Translations under genes and position numbers: made by a program
Part shown: positions 13,472-27,849 of the stretch, piece after piece
How positions within the stretch are numbered: position 1 is the stretch's first letter
How the letters are laid out: every line of letters begins with the position of its first letter
DNA from: Lama glama
Lineage: Eukaryota
Direction: 5' to 3'
Assembly (NCBI GenBank): GCA_028534125.1
Contig: CM052816.1
Span: 34,474,001-34,538,000 of the forward strand
Length of the DNA stretch: 64,000 nt
The notes under the pieces: generated by a model
The model's input: the letters and a program-made list of their open reading frames with translations, nothing else
The model's database searches: none
What the model was told of the DNA's origin: nothing

Positions 13472-16400
13472 CTAAATTTAAAAGAATATATACATTAATA
13501 AAAGTTAATTGCCCCACTTTTCTTAAATATAGTATACAGAACTCCTTCCAAAGTTACATATATTTTCCTGTTTCCTACTTCCTATCTTTACCAGCTCTCC
13601 ATGACAAATGATGTCAAAATTCATCTTTTTTTTTTCTACAAGACAGTGGATAACATTTATTCAGGGGCACACATAACTCAACAGAAAGATGAAAAGGTTG
13701 GAATGAGATAAACGTAGATGAAATATAACAAGCGAATGATTCTCCAGTGAGAGGAGAAAGAGGACATTAAATGAGAAAAGGTCAGCCCCACTGCAGGCCA
13801 GTCCACTTCTGATCTGTACTGCCATTCCCCAACAGAGCCATTTCAGCCTACTTCTTCACCAGTCTCTTCTCACACACTGGAAATTAGAAGCAGTGAAATT
13901 TACACTTGGTTGTTTCAAGAGACAGCAGATGATTGCCCATGATCCAGCTCTAGGAAAACAGACAGGAGATCCAATGAGATGATTCATGGCTGAAACTGAC
14001 ATTACCATATTAGTATTTGTGGAGTATAATCTAGAGAGCTCCCCAGAAGTTAAATCAATTTTAATTGACTTTGGTATCTCTTAGGACCCCTTGTTATGGA
14101 GTGATTCATTTTGCCCTTTGCTATATAAAGCAGAGGACAGCTTGAAAAAGTCCCAGATGTATGCTTATTTTTTGGATAAAGTATTTACTAATTTCTATGT
14201 CATGCTACTCTAATTATACCTTCAGGTCGCCAGTTAAACTTTGGGTCTATTTCAGAGCTGGAGAGATGAGTTATGAAGAAACCCAACACTCTTAATGTAG
14301 ATCAAGCGAGTATAAGACATACTGTAGGATCTTCTAAGAAGAGAGCAACAAGGAAAGTGGTCAGAGATGAAAGCCTGGCCCTCTCCTATTTCATACAGCT
14401 GAAGTTTTTTAAGATTCCAAAAACCCTGAACACTTACCCACAGTTATTACTCATTACCCAGCTCTCCCCCTCCTCAGCAATCTGTTGCCCTGCTCATAAG
14501 AAGCACACTCTTTAGACAAAGAGGGCCGTGTACAAAAGAATGGGACGGGGAGAAAGAGGGTGAGCAAGACTTTTCCCAGGAGCCAAGAAGAATCCCCAGA
14601 GCTTACAGAAGGTGACAGCAAATAGAAAGGACGTTCGAATCTGTGGGATTTGTGGAAAAAATGTAAACGCAGCTGGTCTAGGTACTATAGGTTTATGTAA
14701 AATGTACACAGAAACTGGACAACATAAATAATGACATGGTGACAATACCAAACGGGCTGAAGCTGCCATCACCAGAATCCTCAGACTGCTCAAAGAAGTT
14801 CTTCCCTGGCAGATGCTGCTCTTCCAACTCAACAACCTCAATCAGAGCCAACTTGAGTTTCTTACTGTGATGAGTATGATCTCCACAGCTGGGGGAAGGA
14901 AGGGCCATTTTTTTTCCTGCTTTATGGCCATAGTCTGAACCACTAGCCTCTGTTAGTTAAACATGCACGTATATTTCCTTCTGAGAATTATCATTAGAAC
15001 CTGCCTAGAAAGCTGATCCAAATATCTTTCCTAGGAAGTTAAAAAAAAAAAAGGCAGGCACACATACAGGTAATAGGACAATGATACCTTCTTTGAACTA
15101 GGAAATGTATTATTATTATTTAAAGGCAAACTTTCCTTCCAGTATACTTACATTAACTAGGATATTTTTCTAAAACCAAATAAATTGTATGTGGAATTTT
15201 AAAAGACAAGCTTCTACACATGCACCAAAGATGCCCAAAACACAAAATGTAGCACCAGAGATGCCAGTCCTAGGCCAGCATTAGGGAGAACAGCAGATGG
15301 CAAGTAACCCTAATTTACTGGAAGCCTTTGTAGGGTAGTTAGTACTGTTTTCTGTTTTCTCCTCTTCAGATTGAATATTCTCTCAGGGGTCAACAGAATA
15401 TGTGAAAAAAAAAAATAAAGTCTTCACAAAGGAGACTGTTATTAATTTCAAGTCATGTATCTCTGGAAAACATTTACAAATACATGCTTCAAGAAAAGAT
15501 TAATAATTTCACATTACCTCTAGCAATGAAAATTATTTCCATTGAGAAAATCATCTTTCTCAAGCTCAGTATTATGCTCAGACCCTGCTGGGGCAACAAA
15601 TGCTGAAAGTCCTTTAAAAGGAGCCCCTATGTCCATTCACAATTCAGCAAGACATTAATTTAAATTCTGTGCCAGGACAGACTTTTAAACTAAGATCAAA
15701 CCTAACATGCTTATTCTGAACAAACCAAATAAAAACCATAGTGGTAATAAAAGCAAGGAGGTAGCCCTGAATCCTCAAAGAAAATTTATTATTTTTAAAA
15801 GAAGAACATTCATGAGGGAGAAAGAAGACTGCTAACTTTTCCTATTCTGGTCAAGAATTCCTAAGGTGTTCCATTTCTGAAGAAGCTCACGGGACTGTGG
15901 GGAGGACTCCCTGGGAAACGGGGGCACAAGCCTGGTGGTCCCAGTGGTCTGCTGGATATTTGCATATGTGGCAGCCAAAGGTACTTCTTCTAAAACAGTT
16001 CTACCGGAGCATAGATGGACAGGGCTCTCTAAGCTCCTCTAGTTTTTCTTCAGTCGTGGAAAAGAAAATAGCTCCACTTTACAAAGAGCAGTTCATGGAG
16101 GAAGCGGAGTTGCCATCCCCAGGTTTCAACAAAGAGAAATAAGTGCGCCCTTACTAGCACCTCACACACTGTGTCTGCCCATGGAGCAGAGAGGATGGAG
16201 ACTGTTTATGCTTATTGACACAGGCAATGCAAGGTAAAACTGAGCCAGTTCTCAAGTGAAAAGCTGTAACAGATGTGCCAAAAGAGCCTTTCAGAACCCT
16301 GGAGCTCTTCAGTTTTTCCTCACCGGCGCCTATGAGCTTCTCACAGACGCAGTCTTATACACCACCTCCGCACTTCAGTTTTTAACGTTTTGGGACATGG

Positions 16401-17129
16401 TAGGTGCTGAATCACTGTTAACAGAATTCATGAAGATGTGAGAGGCTGTCCCTCATCGTGCAGAAGTTAACTGGCATGGGAGGAAAGCAGATGGGGCTAT
16501 AGATAAGGTTCAAAGAGAAGGAAAGATGAGGGTTTGCTTTTATTTTGAGCAGACACACGCATGTTATAATGTCAGCTCCTCAAGGATAGGGACCGTGCCT
16601 TATTTATCTTTCTGCTCCCGGCACACAGTAGGTATACACTTAGTGTTTGCTGGGTGAAGGGTGGCGGCTGTATGGGGGGATGGTAATAGTCATCAATCAC
16701 CAAGTGCTTACCACATACCATATGTTTATTCTAGGTTTTACATGACTCATTCAGTCCTGACCCTGAGCCTAGGAGGAAATTATAAATTATCTGCCCCGGA
16801 TCACAAGACCTGGCAGAACCAGGACTAAACCTCTCAACCGTCATGTCTCAAGCAGACCAACTACAGGAAAAAACTGAAATTACTTTGGGAACAAGGATTA
16901 GAAAAAGCTTTGTAGTAACTCTAAGTAGACAGGAGACCTCCAGATAATTTTTAAACAAGAAGAGAGGGCACTAATCTTGCATCTGATATGTTCCAAGAAC
17001 TACTTACTTGAGCGAAATAAAATTAAGGGACAAGGCTTGCCAGAACCCACAACTTCTTCAAAATAATCCAAAAATCTCTTTTAAAATGACAAAGTCACTT
17101 TAGAAGCTAATAAAGTAAAATACATTAAA

Positions 17130-17600
17130 TATTAAAGACATATACCCTAATTATCTCACTTAGCGCATGTAAACATGAGCACAAGCATGTTTACAGCACA
17201 CTGGTGCCAAAAGTAAAAAAAAAAAAATGGGAAAACACACTAGATGTCCACCAACAGGCAAATGAATAATAAAATCAGGTACACCCAAGTTATACAAAGC
17301 TGTGCAGCAGATGAAAAGAATGAGGTAGCTCTCTGTCCTGGCAGGAAATGTCTGATGAAAAAAGCAAATGGAACATTTGCATAGTATGATAAACGTCATG
17401 CTGAAAATACACATAAAAGTAATACCATACGTTTCTATAGGAATGTGTGTGTGTGTGTAAGAGTGAGAGGGGGAGAGAGCGTGAGACAGAGAGAGCACAG
17501 ATACCTGTATTACTCTCTTGAGTAGTGGCTGGAGGCCAGGCACAGATTCCAGAGGGGTTTTATGTTATATCTATAATGTATGAAATTTTTGTCAAAAGAG
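17130..17600 (+). mobile_element. Old L1ME-like 3' fragment
   Basis: gcatgtttacagcacactgg...aaaacacactagatgtccaccaacaggcaaatgaataataaaat. Confidence 0.6.
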
Positions 17601-19439
17601 GGTATGTATGTCTATATATACATAGACACACACACATACACATATGAATAATCTACATTTTATATATAAAAATAATTTTCATCATTTTTTTAAAGAAAGA
17701 ATATTTTCTAAGAAGGTTGGGAAAAAATGAAACCAAGTAGGCAAGAGGCCAGGGTCAGAAGACATCATCCTCTTGACTCTGTTGCTCAGCACTGGTCTTA
17801 AGGAAACCAAGAACTGCATTCTCCTTTGAGTGTGGAGAGAAAAACTGGAGGGCACCCTCCTCACATGCCCTGTGCCTGAAAGAAGAGGTAGAGGAAACAT
17901 CCAGGATGGTGTAATGACTAAGTCAGACAGACAGAAAGCCTGAGGTCATGGCTCTGAGCAGCAAATGATGACCCTTGGAGAATCCCAAACATATTTCCTC
18001 TGCACATCTACCCTCTTCACTTCAGATCATTACAAAATCTCTCCGGAACAGCTAATTCAACCCTGTCTACCTGTCTGGATCAACTTATTCTAGCCATTTT
18101 GAAATGCAAAGTATACTCTTCCAAGGACCATACTTGATAAATCAGACACCACTCCTACCACACTGAAATGTTACAGGGGTGAGAGGCAGCAGCTTGGAAG
18201 AAAAAGCCAAAGAGAGCCTCACTCATACTCCAGCAAGAATCCAAAATCTCATCAGTGGCACTCAACATGCGATTAGGACAAGCCATCAGATCAAGATGGA
18301 AAAACAGCAGCTGGCCCACACCCACCCAGGAAAGTAAAAAGTGATGGGGGTTCAAGCCCTCAAACAAAAGTTTAGCTGAAATTTGACACAGAGAGGTAAT
18401 CATATAAAATAAATCCTAAAAAAACTCATTTAGGATTCAAAGCAAGGTCTTCAGTAACTATCCTTAAAATGTGGCCTCTTGGGCAAAAACGGAAGTTTGC
18501 TATCTATCTGTTGTCCTCACCCCTTTTCCTCAAATCTGTGTCTGAACAGGGGGTGAGGGTCGGGGAGGTGACTGAGCCCTCACATAATAACAGAAGTAGG
18601 ACAGTGATAGCTGTCATGAAAAAACAGGGCTTCTAATTTTGAACATCTCCCCTTCAACTTTGAAGAGTATTCTGTTTTGTGTCTAAATTATCAAAAATAT
18701 AAAAATACTGCTCCCACTGTGTATTTACTATGTGACATTGTTTTTATAAACTTACCTGACTTAACTGGGAGTTGACACTTACGGCTATTAATTAACACAC
18801 ACTGCTTAGTATGACACACACACAAATGACAATTTTCACAATAATGATAAATTTAGTATGTCAACATTCAGATAATGTTTCTAAGAAGCAAATAGTATCA
18901 GGGCTAGGCACTAGTCTACATATTTTATGGCTCTCATGTCAATAATTCTCACAGTGACACAAAAGTAAATGCATAATAGGAAAGGGAGGGGTTTAAGCCC
19001 TTAAACAAAAGTTTAACTGAAATTTGACTTGGAGAGGTACAGAATTTTGATCACACAAATTGTAAATTTTGGTTAAAGATTATACCAAGTAAGTATGGTA
19101 TACCTGAAAAAAGGCCTAATAACTGAAAAATACACAACAAAGCTGGAAAGCTGTCTTTTTTTTTTCCTAATAAACACCTGATTTTAAAAAATAATCAGTT
19201 TTTTGGAAACTCTGTTTTGGAGGAACATAACACCTACATCAGCAACATTCTTTTAAAGCCACGACAGACATCATGGTCTAACTAAAGCCCTGCCCTGGGA
19301 GGTGAATAAACAGCTCATGGCCCACAATCCTGGCTCAGGCTGGTCTAGGACAGGGAGAGAAGAACGCTAGAAAAATCATGACCGTCCGTCTGCATACCCT
19401 CCACACTGACAGTCACTCTGAAGTTGCCTACTTCCTGCT

Positions 19440-20385
19440 CTCCCAAATATGCTTTTCTGGGGAACAAATACTTCTGCAAAATACATGGTTTCCAATTGTT
19501 GGCTTGCAACAAAACAGAAGGTGTACCAAATCAAGTTGTCAGGCAGTCGATCATTAAAAATAATTTATTAATGTTTGGCAATAGATCACTCTGACTTATG
19601 GAATGTAACTCAGAAGGAGTTCAAAGAATTAAATGACATTCCCATAATTAAACTCTTTCTATTCCTATCTACTTATTTATGTTAGCAACATTCCTTTGCC
19701 TTACATTTATAAGAATAAAATTAATGCTGAATCCTATCCCATTCTAGCAATACATAACATTCACCAATGGATACACAAACATGTAGGAATACAAAGGGGG
19801 CAATTCATCTCATTAAGAAAAATGTTTCTATTAAAGTTTATAAAATAAATGGTCAAAATGATAACATATGTAGCTCAATCTTATGTTCTGATCAGTTATA
19901 TACTATTGACAATAATTTTTATAAATCAATCCAGAAGAATTTTAATACTCTGAGTTTTAGGATAATAGAACTTAAAAATGTTAATTTATATATGTATTAT
20001 ATATTATCTATACATTATGTATATATTTATAAAATATATATGTATTTTTTTCTTTCATAAAAGTAATGAGAAGTTGACCAATAATAAGACTCTCAGGCAT
20101 AAAATATTACATTAAAGTAAAATTTAGTGGGGAAAGTAGAATCAAAATATGAGTTCAAGGATAAAATGATAGGAAATTTGACTGTTAAAGAAGAGTTTGT
20201 TCAGGCTTTTTAAAAAAAGCGTAATTTAGCATCAAACTGTTACCTACTGGATATACTTATTTTAAAATGTCAATGTTTACAAAATACCAAAAACAACAAC
20301 CTTTGCAAATATTTAAATGTATAAAGGAAAACTAGGTGTCAACTTACAAATGTCTAATGAACACAGGGTTCTTCAAATTCTTATG
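19440..20385 (+). mobile_element. hAT-Charlie DNA transposon remnant (transposase C-terminus)
   Basis: Decayed coding ...KEFKELNDI...LFLFLSTYLC*Q resembles the Charlie PFPSTYLCE dimerisation-domain motif. Confidence 0.6.
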
Positions 20386-20644
20386 GGAACAAGGGAATTT
20401 GATCTAACCAACCCCACTTCACACTTTCTGATATTCTCGTCCTCCTTTCTGCCATTCGAGACCTAGATTCTCAAAAGCTCACTTCCTTCATCAAACATTC
20501 CCCAACTCCCCCTACCCTGAATGACCACTCTCTTGTAACACTTACCCTCTAATTCATCTGGCCTGCACATCTTCTTAAGGAGACACAACACTTAGTATCT
20601 GCCAGACTTTATGTATATTAACTAAGTTAATCTTCCAACACTCC

Positions 20645-20812
20645 TATGAGGAAGACTCTATTATTGTCACCATCTTCAGGATGATGAAACCAAGGCCAGG
20701 CAGGTAACAACCTGCACCAGGGCAAACACCGAGAAAGCAGCAGAACTGGGATAGGAGCTGGGAATGAAAAGCACGTGGGCTGATTCCAGTGTCTGAGCTC
20801 TTAACCACTGCA
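20645..20812 (-). mobile_element. MIR SINE
   Basis: ctatgaggaagactctattattgtcaccatcttcaggatgatgaaaccaaggccagg...gctcttaaccactgcac. Confidence 0.75.
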
Positions 20813-23800
20813 CTTCCCTTGTGTTTCCCACCCCTGTGCTCTTCATCTGAGTTTGGTACAATACACATTTGTCAGGGATGATGATGTTTCCTGCAAAGAA
20901 GCTACGCCTTCAATGCAAGCAGCTGCTGCCCAAGATAACTTCTGAGTTCTGAATTTGTATAACCAGAATGTACTTATAGTCCCTTAAAATAACCTTCTCT
21001 TTCAATGCCTGTAGGGGATAATCAGGTTCGACACATAGCTACTTACTTCATTTTTTAAAAGTTCCAATTAACAGGCAAAAAAAAATCCTCAGTAGTCAAT
21101 TGCATATTATGTTATTCCAAAAATGTTTTAATTACCTAAGTTTGCCTAGCAATAACTTACTTAACTCTTTTTACTCTTAAATCAAACTAAATATGGAATG
21201 TAAAATGAGACATTGATTGCAAACCATTTTAATATCCTCATGAATCTTTTTTTTATGGAAATAAAAACAACTTCAGTGAAGCTCTGAGACCTTGTTTACA
21301 AGTTGAAGGACTCCAGGGATGGGGGCCCCAGATTCAAGCATCCTTAGAAGGTAAAATTTAGAAACAAGGAGTCAAGCACCAAAGAGACTTGATGTGATAC
21401 CAAGTTTTGTGGAGACTCTTTGATGGTAATACCTAATTGACCATCTAGTCTGTCTGCAGTTTAAGAAGCTGAGCTCCTAAGAGGTTAATAACAAACTCAA
21501 GGTCACCCTAGTTTGCACAGAAGTGAAACTAAGGATTCAGACCTCTAATTCAGATTATGTTTAACTGGATAAAGTTCATTTTGACTCTGAAAATCAAGGG
21601 CAATGTTATGAATCCATTTGGGTTATATACTCAAAGCAGAAAAAAAAAACAAACAAACAACTAAGCAACCTCTCTTTGATTGCCAAACATGCCCATGCAA
21701 GACATGCAAGACAGTCATTTTAGCCAAAGGCAAGTCCTTTCTTTCATATTTTTTGATGGCAGTTCATTACATTTTACCCCCAGGCTACCACATACTTTCT
21801 TTCAGCAAGATCCATTATATACAGTGCATTCATAACACGATGGTGGAAAACAGGCCGAAGTATTGCATTTAAGATATTTCTTCTAAGGACTGAAATATGG
21901 TTTACACAGACACATTTACTCACTCACTCACTAACAGGGTTAGGAGAACATAGTCCTGAGGGGCAAAAAGAAACCCTTGAAGGTATATATTATAACAGAT
22001 CTGGAATGTGAAATTTGTGCCAATGAGAATGTACATGACACGTTGGTAACCCATAGCAACCTAATGCTTCAAAGTAGTGGCCGATGTCAGAAAACTAGGG
22101 CACCAAAGTCTAATAATTACAATTCTGAAGACAAATGAAGCTACATACAGCTAGTAAATGTCACTTACTGATCCTAACATCACTGCAAGATGCATATTTT
22201 TTTGTGATGGTACAATATCCAATTACTGTAACACAAGGGGGTACTGGGGCTTCTGCCTGTATCATAGTCTATCTTCTAATCCAAGCTTAATGATAAAAGC
22301 TAAAGTAGCATATTTGGTAACACTTAAAGCTACAATTTAATGAAAGATGATTACACTACAAGAAAATGTAATCCCCACCGTTCCCACTTTTTCCTCTGGA
22401 AGAATGTTATTTTCTACAAACTAAATAATCTTTTAGAAATCATAAAATAGTTACAAAAGGGCATTTCATTAGATTATGGTTACTATAAAATGGATTTCTT
22501 ATTTAACCAGATACAAGGCAAAGCATGGATTCATTAGAAATCTCTGAAAGTGCTCTGATCTTCTGGAGCTTTTAAAGCTAGTGAGCACAGGATTTCCTCT
22601 AATTTAATATTTCTGTAAATCTTTAAATGTAATGTCTGAATAATAACGAAAATAAAAAGTGTTTTTAATAGCTTCAATGATGCTAAGAAAGAGACTTAAA
22701 ACTGCACCTATTATTCTCAGAATCTGTAGCGAACACAAATAGAGAAACTAAAGTTAAATATGAAACCAAGAACAAAACCAGAAGCCAGGTTGAAACCAGA
22801 CCTCCCAACTCTGTTTCAAAATCAGTAACGACCACACAGTTTATGTACTTTGGGAGGTGCTAGCTGATTTTTGTTCTTGATTTTGTTTTTTGCTAAAGCT
22901 TAATTTGTTCAAAAGTTACTTTGGGGAGAAAAGAATCAAAGAGTAACTAAAAAAGAGGTTGAAGAATTTATGGATATTTTGCCAGCTCTGCCTTACCTCA
23001 GGTTTTTAAAAGAATGTTTCAAGTAAACTGAATTTGAAAGGTTTAATACAAATAGACAGTAAAGGCAATGCATAATTTTAACTCATTTTCTGTTTCTTTA
23101 CCCTTGTTGCTGAAAGACAGTAAAATCTTTTGTATGATTAACTGGTTTAGTAAACTAATACTACTACAGTACGTACTCATAAACTATTAATAGCCTCCCT
23201 CTGCCAACCCCCATTTGTTTCTGGATCATGAATTTGGTTCTAATAACAGGCTCTAGTCATTAATAGTCATCTAAATATTTACTACATCTGTTGAGTTTAA
23301 AGGGGGCCAAATTCGCCTATGTCTGAAAATAGCCTATTAAGTTAAATTCGAGAATAGGTATTTTTTGTTACCTGAAGAAATTTTAAATCAAAGTCAGTCT
23401 ACAACAGCATGGAAGTTGGCTGAAGTTTCTGTAGCACCTAAGATGAAAAGACAGTCTGCGAATTTTGATCAATCACTCAGAAGTCTGGTTTACATGAAGC
23501 CAAAGTTTAAAAGAGCTGTCAAGTACTTCTTACTACAGATGCTTTAAAACCCTTTTCAGGTAGTTTGAATGCCTAGAGAGTCTAACACCCTGAAGATCTC
23601 ACATCTCTGTCATGGGTCTGGATTAGTGATTTAATTAAAACCCACTAAAGCAGGCTCCAACCAACCTGTGCCCTCATGCAGTGGTGTATGAAAGAAAAGG
23701 ACAGATGGAAATGGGTCAGAAAGGCTACTAAGAAAAGGCTCCATCTCCATAATTTGCCTTTTTTTTTTTTTTCAGAAGGGAGACCTGTCGAGAAGGACTC

Positions 23801-26358
23801 AAATATAAACATGAGAGGGTATGTAGTTTGGAAGGAAGCCTTTCAGGTGATTTAATATCGCCATCTTCCACCAACTACAGTCATGCTGAACAACAACAAC
23901 AAAGAAATGCTGGGAGAAAAATGTTTGGGGCTTGAGAGAGCAAAAAGAAAGATTGATAGGTCACTTTGAATAGCTACTTATGCTGGTTTCAGGCTTAATC
24001 CAAGTAAGTACAGTAAGACTCATCTGGATAGCACTTGAAGTTAACTTCACATTATATCTAACTTATTTATCTGTCATTCCCCACAAACTTCTGAAGCTTT
24101 TTGCTTTCAAGCTGCAAAAATCTAGTATCAGGAAAAAAAGGCTTCAGCCCAAGTTTATTTCATCCATTGAGACATTCAGAGGCAATCTGAGGTCTGTGTA
24201 TTTATTTATTATTATTATTTTTGTTATGCTAATATTCTAAGTGCCCCGCTCAGAACAACCTCTATTCCTTAACTAACCAGAGCTCATACTGCCACCTTGG
24301 AGGGCCGGGGGGTCAGTTAATTCACTGTGGTCCCTGCTCCGCCTAAAGGGGCTATTAGTCAGCCCCTGGGCATCTCTGACTGCTCAGCAGGGGAGAGAAG
24401 GAGATGGGGAGAGGAGAAAAGACAAGCATTTAGGAGACTAGTCGGAGCCTATTAATTTCCAAACTGGCCGCTGAAGCATGACAGCAAGCTAAGCTACAGC
24501 CACAGAAGCAGAAGAGGTCACTCTCATGGACAGAAACCACCCGATAGGAGATCCAGATCCTCTGGACAACCCAAGAAGACTCGGAAGCTGCGCTGATGGA
24601 CAGATGCAATTAAACAAAAGCAAGAGCAATTGAGCAAATAAACCTGAGAAGTTGGAATTTTTGAATGAGCTGCTTCAGCACTTACTCTGAGACACAGCCT
24701 AGCACTAAGTATAACTGATGAGAGAACAGTAGTAAACCAAGATCAACAATGCAGGTCCGTGCTAAAGAGAGCACCATGTTGTACTCAAGGAAGAACTTTT
24801 CCATTAAAAATAAAAAGTTTTAATCAAATTTAAAAGTAGTTAAGCACATCTCCTGCATGATCATGCTGTTTTCTATCCATAAAATGAAACCTTTGGCCAT
24901 AGCTGAAGGTGGAATTTTCCGGCTCTAAGAAATGTTAAACAATGGGTTAGGCAAGAGTACAAGGGGTCAAAAATACTGCTTCTGACTTAAAAGATTTTGG
25001 GACACTAAATAAAAGGTTACTTTGTAACTACAGACTTTACTGTAGGGTAGCAAAGTGATTGCAGAGAATTGCAGAAGTCACAATTAAGACACAAAATCAG
25101 TCTCTAGTATGATTTTCCCACCTTCCAGGAGACCATTTACTTCTTTTACCTACGAATCATGGGCTGTTCCAGAAATACACCATGTTACTACCTAAGAAGT
25201 CACGTGAGAAAGTCTGTCCTGACACCTGAAAGTCTGTCAGGTGTCCTGCACCTGAAATTCTAACAAAAGGCAAACTCTGATGAAATTTGAAGTTAAAAAA
25301 TGTTAAATAAAAGCAAAATCAAATTTAGACACTGAAGTTTGGAAACTGAACTTCAGCTGTCTAAGAAATCCTCTGAACATGGTATCCCTCACTTCCCCAC
25401 AATACCTGGAAGGTAAACTGTGCCTGCCCTGTATTTGTTTTGAATGCTGTACTGTCTACCTGTCTAAAGATTCAGGGCAAGAATATTTTCCTTTTCTAAT
25501 TTTTTCATGTCAGCTAACAGCAATGAAAAATTTAAAGTGACATTTTTATGAGGTCCTTTTCTAAGAGAGCTGATACAATGGTAAATGGCCTGGATACTAG
25601 GATTAAAATTGCGGTTGGAAAAGTACTGTATTCTAAAGACAGTGAACTCAAAATCAACCAACATAGCTGTACAATTCTGAGACTGTTTGGGAACCACAGC
25701 TCCACCTCAATCCTATAAAAGGACCAGTGCTACTGCCACAGTTTGGTTTTTAAAGGGATCAAAGTCCTATTTCTTATCACTTGCTTAATAAAAATGTTGC
25801 TTTAATACTGTCCTAAATGCAATAAACAACTGCCTGATCTTATACTCTACAAGCTAAAGATTTGTAAAAACACAGAACAAGCATAGAACATTTTCTTCTG
25901 AAGCTGAATTCTAGTAGTACACACTACAGCAACACATTCTATACTTAAGGCAGACCATGTGCGTCTGTGTGAGTGTGTGTGTCAGAGGCTGTCAGTGATC
26001 TACTAATTGAAAGCCACATTTGATATAATTTTAATTTTATAAAATAAAAAGATCATTATACTGTTTTTAGATCTGAGAAATGAGATCATGACTTAAGATA
26101 AACACTGCGACAGGAAAGAGAGGATACATAGAAGAAAAGGACATGTGTATGTAAGGAGTTAAACATTTTACCATTTTTGATTATCAAAGGGTAAATACTA
26201 CATTTTAAATCATCTGATAAGTAAGATGTCAAGTTCAGACAGATGATTTTGCCATCTCTAAAACCCACTTGCTGATTTATTAAAACCAACAAAGGAAAAC
26301 CAGGAATTTAAGAATCAGTGTACATTCGTTTCCCAACTGCATTTTTCCATTTTCTTAC

Positions 26359-26473
26359 CATGTATGTTGTACAGTCGAATTCTATGGGTAACATGTTCAA
26401 AAAAGGAAGTCACGTCCGAAAAAAACCTTCCACGTTGCACTATGACAAAGGGCGGTGTTGTGTAAACATAAGG
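26359..26473 (-). CDS. MAN2A1: Alpha-mannosidase II coding exon (~exon 16)
   Basis: ttctcctcag|CCT...CAT G|gtaaga; 115 nt, phase 0/1; PYVYTTPPFVIVQRGRFFSDVTSFFEHVTHRIRLYNIH(G). Confidence 0.98.
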
Positions 26474-27849
26474 CTGAGGAGAAAATCACATTTTTAAGAA
26501 AAATACTTTGGCTTTTGACTTTGCCAAGAAATGTTTATTACAGTTTTCAAACTGGCAAATATATATCACCTGACATTTGTAATTTTAAGTGAAAGCAAAA
26601 CCTTACAAGGTATCAGAATATGCACATGCTATAAAAATTTAATGTAAGTTTTTCACTTTAGACAAAAACTGCTGAAAATAGAAAAAATGTTTATGATCTG
26701 ATTGGCTTAGGTGATTTACAAACATTTCTGCCAGCTATAAAAATTTCTAATTAAAATCTTTCTATATTGTCCATATGTTATTTATTAGAAAGAGCAATTG
26801 TTCTACAGCAGTGACATTTTGCCAGGCAAGCATTTTTTAAAATCATGGTCCTCTAATGTTCAGGGGTTGGGTGGCTAGGATGACTACAGGGAGTCATCTA
26901 AGCAAACAGGAAGCAGCATTCAGAAACACAGTTTAATTACAGTCAGGTTTACTACTCTGTAAAAATGCTGCCTTTTTACTTGAAAGACCTAGCTGAATAT
27001 GAAGCAAATTTACAAACTTGAAAAAACTATGGCAACCACTGGTTTAGTTTTCATTATTTAGAATCAAGACTTAAGAAAACATGGGAGTATAATACATAAC
27101 TTATATGACACAGAAATAAAATTTAAAGCATTTATGAAGAATTTTATTTTCTTAAGTATTATACACCTTAGAAAGCTCAACAATAGCATAAAAAGCTAGG
27201 CTTGCAATGCAGCACGAGATTTTCAGAACTGTGCAATTTTCTTCCAAATTTACCTCTTTGGCTAGAGAAAAATATTCTGAAATTAATATAATACTTTATA
27301 GTTAACAAAATTCTTATACCTAATTACCATATGGCTAGAAAGTAATGGAAGAGGATGAACCCAGGACAGTGATGTCTGGGCTCCTGCCTTTTTCTTATAC
27401 ACCAAGCTGTCTCTTTCCCTGATGTTCTTTTATTTCTTCTTTGCAAACATATGATGATTCTCTTTATCCTTCTAACATTAGAGCTATTTAGAGATAAAAT
27501 AATTTAAAACAAATTAGTAATTACTAATTTTTGTCCGTGTATAATATTCTATAGCACAGCTACTTTTTTTCAAAATATAAGAGAAGTCAATCAAAATAAA
27601 ATGCCTGTTTAAAGACAAAAGTTGTTAAATTAAAAAGAATATTAAAGAGTTTATACTTAGGATCCCATCCTGAAATGCCTACTATGAGCTGAATTTTACC
27701 TTTAATTCCTCATTGATTTAAAAAAACAGAAACAACAAAAACTAGAATCCTGGGCATGGTCTACAAAATCCCTTAAAATCTAAATTTGATTTCGGTTAGC
27801 AGACTTTTCTAAATTGTAGAACAAAAGTAACTTGTTCAGGAGACAGGTT

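Noticed and set aside
14512..14908. Two overlapping minus-strand ORFs (109 and 71 aa)
   Set aside because: No recognisable homology or convincing splice boundaries. Probably chance ORFs or an old repeat; a BLASTx/Dfam search would settle it.
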